From: an uncultured Rikenellaceae bacterium
Lineage (GTDB): Bacteria; Bacteroidota; Bacteroidia; Bacteroidales; VadinHA17
NCBI GenBank assembly: GCA_964596715.1
Contig: CAZQVL010000005.1
Span: forward strand, 10,142 to 74,141
DNA: 64,000 bases
Direction of reading: 5' to 3'
The translations under genes and the position numbers were made by a program. Shown here piece by piece: positions 18,815 through 27,608 of this stretch. The notes below the pieces were generated by a model. It did no database searches, was not told the DNA's origin, and saw nothing but the letters and a program-made list of their open reading frames with translations. Numbering within the stretch: the stretch's first letter is position 1; every line of letters begins with the position of its first letter.

Positions 18815-21475
18815 TTGTATTTTTTTAACAAAAAGCGGTTACTTGTAGTGTTCCTCGTGATGGTCCAGTCTTTTTCATTGCTCTCTCAGGGACAAACGGT
18901 TGCTTTTGATACTATTCAGATACGGCAGGATTCGCTTATAGCCGATACATTATACAGAAATATAAAACATATATCTTCAGATGCTATTGATGTGACGGTT
19001 TCTTACAATGCTGAAGATTATATAAAGAATGATCTTATTAATAAAACCGCTACGCTTATAGACAAGGCAGAAGTAATCTATGGAGAGACCGAAATCAGAG
19101 CAGACTCCATAGTATTTAACATGGAGTTGAATACTGTTTATGCTGCAGGAAGAAGAGACTCAACCGGAAACCTTACAGGTATGCCTGTATTTAAGAACGG
19201 ATCGGAGGAATATGAAACGGAGGAGCTGATCTATAATTTTAAAACGGAAAAGGGAATTGCAAAGAATATTGTTACCCAGCAGGAAGATGGGCTCCTTCAC
19301 AGTGAAGTTACCAAACTGTTTGAAGACGGTACTTCAAATATTTATAAAAGCACCTACTCCACCTGTGATGCAGATACGCCACACTTTTATATTAATCTGC
19401 CCAGAGCCAAGGTTTACCCGGGTAAAAAGATCATTTCAGGTCCGGGCAACCTTGTATTGGAAGGGATTCCCCTGCCAATAGCCATACCCTTCGGATTTTT
19501 TCCTATCCAGACCAAAAGGGCGGCATCTGGGATCATCATCCCTAAGATTGGACAGGAACAACAACGTGGTTATTCACTTACCGATGGGGGATATTACTTT
19601 GCAATAAACGATTATTTTGATCTTTCTCTGAAAGGTAATATTTATACGAACGGAACCTGGTTGATAACAGCAACCACTAATTACAACAGACTCTACAAAT
19701 ACAGTGGTAACTTCTCGTTCAGTTATGCAAATAATATTTCAGGTCATAAAGGATTACCCGATTATACCAAAACATCAAATTACAAATTAGGCTGGACCTA
19801 TAACCAGAATGCGAAAGCCAGACCCGGATCAAGGTTTTCGGCAAGTGTGAATATGAGTTCCAGTGGTTATGACAGGACTAACAGTTATGTTGTAAATGAG
19901 CATGTGACTACTCAGAGACAATCGAGTGTAAGTTATTCCAGGACCTGGCAGGGAACTCCTTTTAATCTTGCAACCAGCATGAATCATAGCCAGAACGTCA
20001 GAAACAAGACAGTAAGTCTTAACCTGCCAAAAATCAGTTTTAATGTAAGTAGAATTTATCCGTTTAAAGGCAGAACCATTTCAGGAACAAAGAAATGGTA
20101 CGAGGAGTTCCAGTTTCAATATTCTGCATCACTTGACAACCAGATAAATACATATGACAGTCTCCTTTTTAATAAAGAGGTCTGGAATAATATGAGAAAC
20201 GGTTTTAAACATGAAATCCCTGTCAGTTTTCAGTTGCGTCTCTTTAAAAATTTTTCCATTTCTCCGGCAGTTACCTATTCAGGTGTTCTATATACTCAAA
20301 AGATTGAAAAAAGATGGGACCCGGGTTATTTTGATCCGGATATAAATAAAATTACACCTGTAGTTGTGATTGATACCGCAAGAGGATTTTTTTATGGACA
20401 CGCTATTAATCCTTCAATAAGCGCTAATTTCAGTCCTCAGATTTTCGGAACATTTACCTTTACCAAACCGGATGCCCGATTACAGGCAATCCGGCATGTT
20501 ATAAAACCTTCAGTAAGTTTCAGTTACATTCCTTCATTAAAAGGTTTAAGTTCAGATATGTACAGGCAAGTTCAGCTTGATTCAACCGGACGAATGGGCG
20601 AATATTCTGTCTTTGAGGGTAATATTTTCGGAACTCCTTCATTATCAAGACGAAGTAGTGGTATATCTTTTAGTCTTGTTAATATTGTTGAGGCAAAAGT
20701 GTTTTCAAAGAATGATACAACTGGTAAGGCTTCAAAGATCAAGTTAATTGATAATTTCGGTATTTCCACATCTTATAATGTATTTGCAGATTCAATTAAA
20801 TGGTCACCGGTATCGATGGTAATGCGAACAACGATTGCCAATAATTTCAATATATCAGCTAACAGTAGTTTTTCATTATATGCCCTTGATAGCCTGGGCA
20901 GACAAACAGGTACCTTTTTATATAGCCAGAATAAAAAATTAATGAGGCTTAATAATTTTTCTTTCAGCCTTGATTTTGATGTTGGGAGGCTCTTCAGGAG
21001 TAACAGGGAAAGGAGTGAGGAACCTTCCGGTACCGAACTCTCAAGAGAAATAACTGCAGGCTCAAACCAGGAGCCTGGGTTACGTGAATTCTCAGAAGAG
21101 ACAATTTCTGGAAGAGTTTTTGATGAATATGGTTATTCCGACTTTGATGTTCCGTGGTCGCTGAGTATAAGATATAATCTTAATTACAGGAAACAAGCTT
21201 TAAAGTCCACTGTCAGCCAGGCTTTGTCCTTGAATGGAACACTGTCTCTTACAAAGAAAATGTCAGTTAACTATACCAGTGGTTACGATTTCAGGATGAA
21301 AGAGATCACAATGACACAGATCGGAATTACACGTGATCTCCATTGCTGGGATATGAGTTTTAACTGGATACCTAACGGTTCTATGAAAATGTGGAACTTT
21401 ATGATAAGGGTTAAGGCCTCTGTTCTGGCTGATTTAAAATATGAACGTCGGAAAGATTATCATGACGAGTACTAA
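18815..21475 (+). CDS. putative LPS-assembly outer membrane protein (Bacteroidota LptD-like)
   Basis: Large beta-rich ORF. A TTG start at 18815 gives the signal peptide MYFFNKKRLLVVFLVMVQSFSLLSQ. The ORF-track start at 18737 would abut the divergent amidase start. Contains the motif TYSTCDADTPHFY. Confidence 0.72.
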   Translation: MYFFNKKRLLVVFLVMVQSFSLLSQGQTVAFDTIQIRQDSLIADTLYRNIKHISSDAIDVTVSYNAEDYIKNDLINKTATLIDKAEVIYGETEIRADSIVFNMELNTVYAAGRRDSTGNLTGMPVFKNGSEEYETEELIYNFKTEKGIAKNIVTQQEDGLLHSEVTKLFEDGTSNIYKSTYSTCDADTPHFYINLPRAKVYPGKKIISGPGNLVLEGIPLPIAIPFGFFPIQTKRAASGIIIPKIGQEQQRGYSLTDGGYYFAINDYFDLSLKGNIYTNGTWLITATTNYNRLYKYSGNFSFSYANNISGHKGLPDYTKTSNYKLGWTYNQNAKARPGSRFSASVNMSSSGYDRTNSYVVNEHVTTQRQSSVSYSRTWQGTPFNLATSMNHSQNVRNKTVSLNLPKISFNVSRIYPFKGRTISGTKKWYEEFQFQYSASLDNQINTYDSLLFNKEVWNNMRNGFKHEIPVSFQLRLFKNFSISPAVTYSGVLYTQKIEKRWDPGYFDPDINKITPVVVIDTARGFFYGHAINPSISANFSPQIFGTFTFTKPDARLQAIRHVIKPSVSFSYIPSLKGLSSDMYRQVQLDSTGRMGEYSVFEGNIFGTPSLSRRSSGISFSLVNIVEAKVFSKNDTTGKASKIKLIDNFGISTSYNVFADSIKWSPVSMVMRTTIANNFNISANSSFSLYALDSLGRQTGTFLYSQNKKLMRLNNFSFSLDFDVGRLFRSNRERSEEPSGTELSREITAGSNQEPGLREFSEETISGRVFDEYGYSDFDVPWSLSIRYNLNYRKQALKSTVSQALSLNGTLSLTKKMSVNYTSGYDFRMKEITMTQIGITRDLHCWDMSFNWIPNGSMKMWNFMIRVKASVLADLKYERRKDYHDEY

Positions 21476-21501
21476 TCTATATAAATAGTTATAATGTAAT
21501 T

Positions 21502-21900
21502 ATGAAAAGGATTATCAAAACTATAAAAGCACCGGCTGCTGGCGGTCCCTACAGTCAGGCTGTTGAAGTAAACGGGATGCTTTTTATTTCAGGACAAGTA
21601 CCAGTCAATCCGGAAACAGGTAAGCTTGTAGATGGTGATATAAAAGTCCAGACCGGACAGGTCTTAAGGAATATCGGAGCGATCCTTAATGAAGCGGGTT
21701 ATTACTTCCGGGATGTTGTCAGATCAACTTGCTATCTGACCGATATGGCCAACTTCAAAGCTATGAATGAAGTTTATGCGGGATATTATCCTGATAATCA
21801 GCCGGCAAGGGCAGCATTTGCAGTAAAAGAATTACCTTTGGGTGCCCTCATCGAGATTGAAACAATAGCTGTGAAAGTGGTTTTACAAGATACCGAGTGA
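21502..21900 (+). CDS. ridA: RidA family reactive-intermediate deaminase
   Basis: GPYSQAV ... LFISGQVP ... ARAAFAV...LP are typical YjgF/RidA motifs. Confidence 0.9.
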   Translation: MKRIIKTIKAPAAGGPYSQAVEVNGMLFISGQVPVNPETGKLVDGDIKVQTGQVLRNIGAILNEAGYYFRDVVRSTCYLTDMANFKAMNEVYAGYYPDNQPARAAFAVKELPLGALIEIETIAVKVVLQDTE

Positions 21901-21969
21901 AACAGTGGCGGATAATCAGAACTAATTCAGATCACCCGGGAAATAAGCAGAGATTATTTTTATTCCTGA

Positions 21970-22416
21970 CTATACTGCTTGTATTTCGAAGTTGATTTCT
22001 ACCTTAACTTCTCTGTGCAGTTTGATAAAAGCTTTGTAATTACCTACTTCTTTTATCTGATCTTCAGGAAAGGTAATATTTTTTCTGTCGATCTCAAATC
22101 CCTTTTCTTTTAAAGCTTCAGCCAGCTGGATAGTATTTACTGAACCAAAAATTTTACCAGAAGAGCTTGTTTTTGCTCCTATAACAATTTCAACATCCGC
22201 CAGTTTATCAGCAATCTCTTGCGCAGCGGCTTTTATTTTTTCCTCTTTGTGGGCTCTCTGTTTAAGATTTTCGGCATGTATTTTTTTTGCTGATGGTGTT
22301 GCAGCTATGGCATAACCCTTAGGAATCAGAAAATTTCTACCATAACCGTTCTTTACATGAACGATATCATCTTTTAGTCCAATCTTATCGACATCCTGTA
22401 ATAGAATTATTTCCAT
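21970..22416 (-). CDS. rplI: 50S ribosomal protein L9
   Basis: MEIILLQDVDKIGLKDDIVHVKNGYGRNFLIP is the canonical L9 N-terminus. Confidence 0.95.
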   Translation of the reverse strand: MEIILLQDVDKIGLKDDIVHVKNGYGRNFLIPKGYAIAATPSAKKIHAENLKQRAHKEEKIKAAAQEIADKLADVEIVIGAKTSSSGKIFGSVNTIQLAEALKEKGFEIDRKNITFPEDQIKEVGNYKAFIKLHREVKVEINFEIQAV

Positions 22417-22428
22417 TATTAATCCTCC

Positions 22429-22698
22429 CTATTTTAAAAGGTCAGCGACGTAAGGAAGAAGGGCAAGATGACGGGCTCTCTTAACTGCTTTTGCCACTTT
22501 CCTTTGATATTTAAGCGATGTCCCGGTTATTCTGCGAGGCAGGATCTTACCCTGGTCATTGAGTAACTTCTTGAGAAATTCAGGATCCTTGTAATCGATA
22601 TACTTTATCCTGTTTTTTTTGAACCTGCAATATTTCTTCTTTTTGACTTCAACGGTTGGGGGAGTCAAATACCTGATTTCTGATTCATTCTGTGCCAT
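22429..22698 (-). CDS. rpsR: 30S ribosomal protein S18
   Basis: YIDYKD ... ILPRRITG ... [19 protein letters not shown]. Confidence 0.95.
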   Translation of the reverse strand: MAQNESEIRYLTPPTVEVKKKKYCRFKKNRIKYIDYKDPEFLKKLLNDQGKILPRRITGTSLKYQRKVAKAVKRARHLALLPYVADLLK

Positions 22699-22701
22699 AG
22701 C

Positions 22702-23055
22702 TTATTCCTCCTTCAGTTTTTCTGATTCTTTTTGTTTTCTCTTCTTTTCTGCATATTCAACAGCAAACTTTCCCATCTTGAAAGTTAAAAACCTGATTAT
22801 CCGTTCATCTCTGCGATATTGGACTTCAAGTTTTTCGATCAGATCACCTGTGCCCGTAAACTCAATCAGATAATAAAAACCTGTAGATTTTTTTTGGATT
22901 GGATAGGCCAGCTTCTTAAGACCCCAGTTCTCTTCATGAACGATCTCACCATCATTGTCGGCGATGACCTTCTTGAATTTATGAACCGCTTCCTTCATCT
23001 GGTTCTCAGATAAAACGGGAGTTGTAATGAAAACGGTTTCGTACTGATTTAACAT
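22702..23055 (-). CDS. rpsF: 30S ribosomal protein S6
   Basis: YETVFI ... [10 protein letters not shown] are S6 motifs. First gene of the rpsF-rpsR-rplI operon. Confidence 0.95.
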   Translation of the reverse strand: MLNQYETVFITTPVLSENQMKEAVHKFKKVIADNDGEIVHEENWGLKKLAYPIQKKSTGFYYLIEFTGTGDLIEKLEVQYRRDERIIRFLTFKMGKFAVEYAEKKRKQKESEKLKEE

Positions 23056-23093
23056 TGTAGTCTATTGTTTAATAGTAAATTGATTTCGGCTCG

Positions 23094-23101
23094 CAAAAGT
23101 A
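23094..23101 (-). promoter_or_regulatory. candidate -7 element (TACTTTTG on minus strand) for the rpsF-rpsR-rplI operon
   Basis: Plus strand reads CAAAAGTA, 39-46 nt upstream of the rpsF ATG at 23055. Confidence 0.45.
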
Positions 23102-23227
23102 CGATTATTTTGATTCAAACAAAAAATAATTGGCTGAAAATTATTAGTAACCATGTCAATCCATCTAAGTGAAATATTAAATCTCCTTATATTTTTAAAC
23201 ACTATTATGTCAGGAAAGCTTTTTAGC

Positions 23228-23235
23228 TATATTTG
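23228..23235 (+). promoter_or_regulatory. candidate -7 element TATATTTG for dnaX
   Basis: Matches TAnnTTTG about 40 nt upstream of the dnaX ATG at 23275. Confidence 0.45.
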
Positions 23236-23274
23236 TAATTAATCAGTTATGAAATTACAAGTGTTCAGTTTTGT

Positions 23275-25020
23275 ATGGAAAACTTTATTGTTTCAGCAAG
23301 GAAATATCGACCGTCAACTTTCGATATGGTTGTCGGTCAGGATTCAATAACAAACACGCTGAAAAGTGCAATCAGAAGCAAACACCTGTCACAGGCGTAT
23401 CTTTTCTGTGGGCCGAGAGGAGTAGGTAAAACAACCTGTGCCAGGATTTTTGCAAAAACAATAAACTGCGATAACCTGAAAGAGAACTCTGAAGCATGCG
23501 ATAAATGTGAGTCGTGTTTGTCATTTAACTCTATGAGGTCCTTCAATATCCATGAACTGGATGCTGCTTCAAATAATTCGGTGACCGACATCAGAAACCT
23601 TACTGATCAGGTAAGAATACCACCTCAGATAGGAAAATACAGCGTATATATTATCGATGAGGTTCATATGCTCTCTTCATCGGCTTTTAACGCATTTCTT
23701 AAGACTCTCGAAGAACCTCCTCCCCATGCAATTTTCATTCTTGCCACCACTGAAAAACATAAGATTATACCAACTATACTTTCACGTTGCCAGATATTTG
23801 ATTTTAACCGGATTAGAATTGAAGATATAGTTGGGCGCTTGACGTATGTTGCAGATAATGAAGCAGTTGTTGCTGAAGAGGAGTCTCTGCATATCATTGC
23901 CCAGAAAGCCGATGGAGCCCTCCGGGACGCTCTCTCAATATTTGACCAGATAGTAAGTCTCAGCGGTAAGAAAATCACATACAAGGATGTAATTGAAAAC
24001 CTTAACGTGATGGATTATGAGTACTATTTTAATGTTGTTGACAGTGCTCTCAGAGGTGATGTCTCATCAATATTAATGACATTTAATGAGATACTTGAAA
24101 AAGGATTTGATGGTCATAATTTTATTTCGGGCCTTAACAGTCACCTTCGTAATCTGCTGGTAAGCAAGGATGAAGTAACCATCCGTCTTTTGGAAGCAAC
24201 ACCATCTGTTAAACAGAGATATCATAAACAATCTGCAGTAAGTCCGGTCAGTTTCCTGTTTAATGCACTCGAGATCGGCAATAATTGCGATCTTACGTAT
24301 AAATCAAGCAAGAATCAGAGGCTTCATGTTGAACTGGCACTGATCAGGTTGTGCTCCCTGGCAGATAAACCTGCTGGAGATTCCGAGAAAAAAAAACCTG
24401 ACACCAAACAGACAGATTTGAATGAAACAGATCTGCCTCTTCCTTCAAAATCAGAGATAATACGTAAGTCAGAAGAGCAACCTGAAATACAACAGAGGAA
24501 CAGAGATCTTTCGCAAGGCAAACATACTCCTGTAATTGAAAAGCCAATAAAGAGTTTTTCGATAAAAGAAATAATCACCGAGGAAAAAGAACCACAGGAG
24601 AGGGTAAAGGAATCATCTGATGAAACAGCTGTTGATAAAAACTACGGCTCAAAGGAAGAATTTACTGCAGAAACGTTTAATAATACATGGGAAGAATTTA
24701 CTGATCAGCTTAAAGGTGAGGGAGCGAGAATAATCAGCATGTTCAGAACAATTAAACCAGAGGTGGAAAACAATCAGATAATAAGAATACACCTGAGTAA
24801 TGCAGCCCAGAAAGATCTGTTTAATCAGAATTACAAAAGTAAACTTATCGGATTTCTTGAAAAGAAATTCATAATGAATGAAGTTGATATTGAGACGATT
24901 GTAGATCTTTCGGAAACAAATGAAATCTTATATTCCGATGAACAGAAATATAATTATCTTGTATCGAAATATTCCTCACTAAAAGATTTAAAAAAAGCCT
25001 TTAACCTTGACATAAGCTAA
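23275..25020 (+). CDS. dnaX: DNA polymerase III subunit gamma/tau
   Basis: Walker A GPRGVGKTT, Zn module CDKCESC, DEVHML, and sensor SRCQ. Low-complexity linker and tau-specific C-terminus. Confidence 0.93.
   Translation: MENFIVSARKYRPSTFDMVVGQDSITNTLKSAIRSKHLSQAYLFCGPRGVGKTTCARIFAKTINCDNLKENSEACDKCESCLSFNSMRSFNIHELDAASNNSVTDIRNLTDQVRIPPQIGKYSVYIIDEVHMLSSSAFNAFLKTLEEPPPHAIFILATTEKHKIIPTILSRCQIFDFNRIRIEDIVGRLTYVADNEAVVAEEESLHIIAQKADGALRDALSIFDQIVSLSGKKITYKDVIENLNVMDYEYYFNVVDSALRGDVSSILMTFNEILEKGFDGHNFISGLNSHLRNLLVSKDEVTIRLLEATPSVKQRYHKQSAVSPVSFLFNALEIGNNCDLTYKSSKNQRLHVELALIRLCSLADKPAGDSEKKKPDTKQTDLNETDLPLPSKSEIIRKSEEQPEIQQRNRDLSQGKHTPVIEKPIKSFSIKEIITEEKEPQERVKESSDETAVDKNYGSKEEFTAETFNNTWEEFTDQLKGEGARIISMFRTIKPEVENNQIIRIHLSNAAQKDLFNQNYKSKLIGFLEKKFIMNEVDIETIVDLSETNEILYSDEQKYNYLVSKYSSLKDLKKAFNLDIS
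24388..24401 (+). promoter_or_regulatory. candidate recoding site in dnaX: A9 slippery tract followed by a -1-frame TGA
   Basis: AAA AAA AAA occupies 24388-24396 in frame 0. The -1 frame reads ACC TGA (stop at 24399-24401). The +1 frame stops at 24419-24421. The tract lies about 15 codons after the end of domain III. Confidence 0.45.
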
Positions 25021-25055
25021 AATGCTGATCATATTTAACAAGTCGTTAACTACAC

Positions 25056-27518
25056 ATGATGAAAAGGTTCAGTAAATGTCTTATCGCGCTTTTATTGATT
25101 ATTTCAGAGCCTTTTTCCATGGCTCAGGATCTGGTATTGAATTCTTCAGTTACCGGAGTCTGCTATGCCGGGAAGAAGATTAAGAGAATATACATACCTC
25201 CTCCAAAAGGTTTTGACAGAATCCCGGGAGCGAAGGGAAGAGGATCAATAACTGTGTTTTATTATGGTTTTCCTGACAACGCAAAAACTGCCATGAATTA
25301 TGCAGTTTCAATTCTCGAATCGATGCTGCCCGTTGACGCAAAAATTACTATTGAGGCATTCTGGCAGCAAATATCAGGAGGTGGTGTACTTGGAAACTCA
25401 AGTATAACATCTTTTGCCGGTGGATGGGGAATTAACGCACTGGAACCTTATGCATTTTACCCTGTTTCGCTTGCCGAAAAGATTTTTGGTGAAAGTCTTA
25501 ACGAAGATTCAGAAGCTGATATTGAATTAATAATTAACAGCTCGGCGAACTGGTATCCGGGTACTGACGGTAACACTCCTGTTTTTAAATATGATCTGGT
25601 TACTGTTATCCTGCATGAGATCTGTCATGGAATTGGATTTTACGATAGTATGAATACCGATGGAGAAATAGGCTGGTACGGAGCAGCCTCCATTCCAATG
25701 ATTTATGATACTTTCATTGAGAATCTGACTGATAAAAGACTGACCGATACACTTCTATTTGAAAATTATTCGGAAGCTCTCCTTGAAGAACTTACCAGCG
25801 GACAGCTCTATTTTGACGGACCTTTATTACACAACTATACCTCGGGTACCAGAGCAAGGCTCTATGCTCCTTCATCGTGGGATCCCGGATCGAGCATTTC
25901 ACACCTCGACGAGATTAGAACCCTCCCGGAAAATTCACTTATGACTCCCTTCATTGACCTTGGTGAAGCAATCCATGATCCGGGAAGACTGACTATGTCA
26001 ATATTCGGCGACATGGGCTGGATAAATACAAGGATAAAGCACACTACATTAAAAGATACAGAAGAATATTTAACTGAAATTGAAATTTCTTCATCAATAG
26101 AATCGGATACATTATTTAATCGTGATAAAATCGGTCTGGTTTATTCTTTCGACGGTTTTCTCACTTCAGATACATTATACCTGTTATCCGCTTCATCCGA
26201 GGATGTATTTACCGGTAATCTGGATATTCCTGCCTACAATATCAGACTGGATTACTATTTCTTTGTTGAGGATTGCTTTTTACGTCTTTACAGATCACCC
26301 TCTCTGGCTGTAGAAAGGCCCCACACTATTTATATAGGTACTGATACGGTAAAACCTGAAATAATTCATACTGCAGCTGAATACTTTTTTGAAAAGATCG
26401 ATTCAATAAAGCTCGAAGCAACAGTAACTGATAATCTTGGAATTGATACTGTTTACATTGAATACAAAGTTAATGACCGCCCTCCGGTGTATGCTGGTTT
26501 AGCACCCGATACGAATGATATTTACAAAACTGTGATTAATGCCAGATATGAATCATTGAGTGGGGGTGATTCCATTCTTTACAGGATTATTGCTGTCGAT
26601 AAAGCTACGTCGAAAAATATCAGGATCATGCCCGAAAATGGATATTATACAGTGCCAGTAGAGACATTATTCGCAGTACTTACCGGTTATTCCACAGATT
26701 TCGACAATGCACATGAAGAATTCCTGACTCGTGGTTTTGAAATAACAAAACCTGTTAACTTCAACAGTAAAGGACTGCATACAAACCATCCATATGAAAG
26801 CCCTGAGAAGAACGACACAAGCCTCGAGTTTTCAGCAATACTGAGACATCCTGTGATTTTTGACGAAACCGGTATGGTTATCACGTTCAGGCAACTCGTA
26901 CTGGTAGAACCAGGCGAAGAGGGATCAGTGTTTGGATCTCCCTACTTTTATGATTATGTAATTGTTGAGGGTTCAAGAGATTTTGGTAAAACATGGTTCA
27001 GTCTTGCAGATGGATACGATTGCACGTTTGATTCTTCATGGGAAACAGCTTATAACAGTTCAATCAGTGATATGAATTCAACTTTTACAGGCAAAGAATC
27101 AATGATGCTGAACCATACCATCTATCCCCGCATTTTGGGGAAAGTAACACCAGGCGATTCATTGCTTGTCAGGTTCAGGTTATTCTCTGATCCATATGCT
27201 AACGGATGGGGATGGGCAATAGATGACTTTAAAATAAATCCACTTATTAATCGTACCGAAAAAATCATTTCTTCTCCCCTGAGAATTTATCCCAATCCGG
27301 GAAATGGTTTAATTACTGTTGATAGTGAGGGACTTGAAGGTGGTAAGCCAGTTCAATTCAGCGTTTATAATTCATCAGGTATCTGTATTATAAACAAGCA
27401 ATCTCTGAATGATGCAAATATGAAGATCAATCTTTCCGGTTATCCGTCAGGAATATATTTTATTGTGGTCTATCAGAATAATATAACAAATACAATTAAG
27501 TATAGTCTGATCAGGTAG
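25056..27518 (+). CDS. secreted zinc metalloprotease-like protein with T9SS C-terminal sorting domain
   Basis: Signal peptide. HEICHGIGFYD fits the metzincin-type HExxHxxGxxD pattern. The last ~80 aa (YPNPGNG ... GIYFIVV ... YSLIR) resemble a Por_Secre_tail T9SS CTD. Confidence 0.75.
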   Translation: MMKRFSKCLIALLLIISEPFSMAQDLVLNSSVTGVCYAGKKIKRIYIPPPKGFDRIPGAKGRGSITVFYYGFPDNAKTAMNYAVSILESMLPVDAKITIEAFWQQISGGGVLGNSSITSFAGGWGINALEPYAFYPVSLAEKIFGESLNEDSEADIELIINSSANWYPGTDGNTPVFKYDLVTVILHEICHGIGFYDSMNTDGEIGWYGAASIPMIYDTFIENLTDKRLTDTLLFENYSEALLEELTSGQLYFDGPLLHNYTSGTRARLYAPSSWDPGSSISHLDEIRTLPENSLMTPFIDLGEAIHDPGRLTMSIFGDMGWINTRIKHTTLKDTEEYLTEIEISSSIESDTLFNRDKIGLVYSFDGFLTSDTLYLLSASSEDVFTGNLDIPAYNIRLDYYFFVEDCFLRLYRSPSLAVERPHTIYIGTDTVKPEIIHTAAEYFFEKIDSIKLEATVTDNLGIDTVYIEYKVNDRPPVYAGLAPDTNDIYKTVINARYESLSGGDSILYRIIAVDKATSKNIRIMPENGYYTVPVETLFAVLTGYSTDFDNAHEEFLTRGFEITKPVNFNSKGLHTNHPYESPEKNDTSLEFSAILRHPVIFDETGMVITFRQLVLVEPGEEGSVFGSPYFYDYVIVEGSRDFGKTWFSLADGYDCTFDSSWETAYNSSISDMNSTFTGKESMMLNHTIYPRILGKVTPGDSLLVRFRLFSDPYANGWGWAIDDFKINPLINRTEKIISSPLRIYPNPGNGLITVDSEGLEGGKPVQFSVYNSSGICIINKQSLNDANMKINLSGYPSGIYFIVVYQNNITNTIKYSLIR

Positions 27519-27565
27519 ACCATAAATAGATTACCTCTCTTTGATCCTTTAACAAAAAAATAAGC

Positions 27566-27573
27566 TAATTTTG
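27566..27573 (+). promoter_or_regulatory. candidate -7 element TAATTTTG for secA
   Basis: Matches TAnnTTTG 36 nt upstream of the secA ATG at 27609. Confidence 0.45.
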
Positions 27574-27608
27574 CATGATATTTTGAAGATCTGTAAAAAC
27601 AGTTTAAA

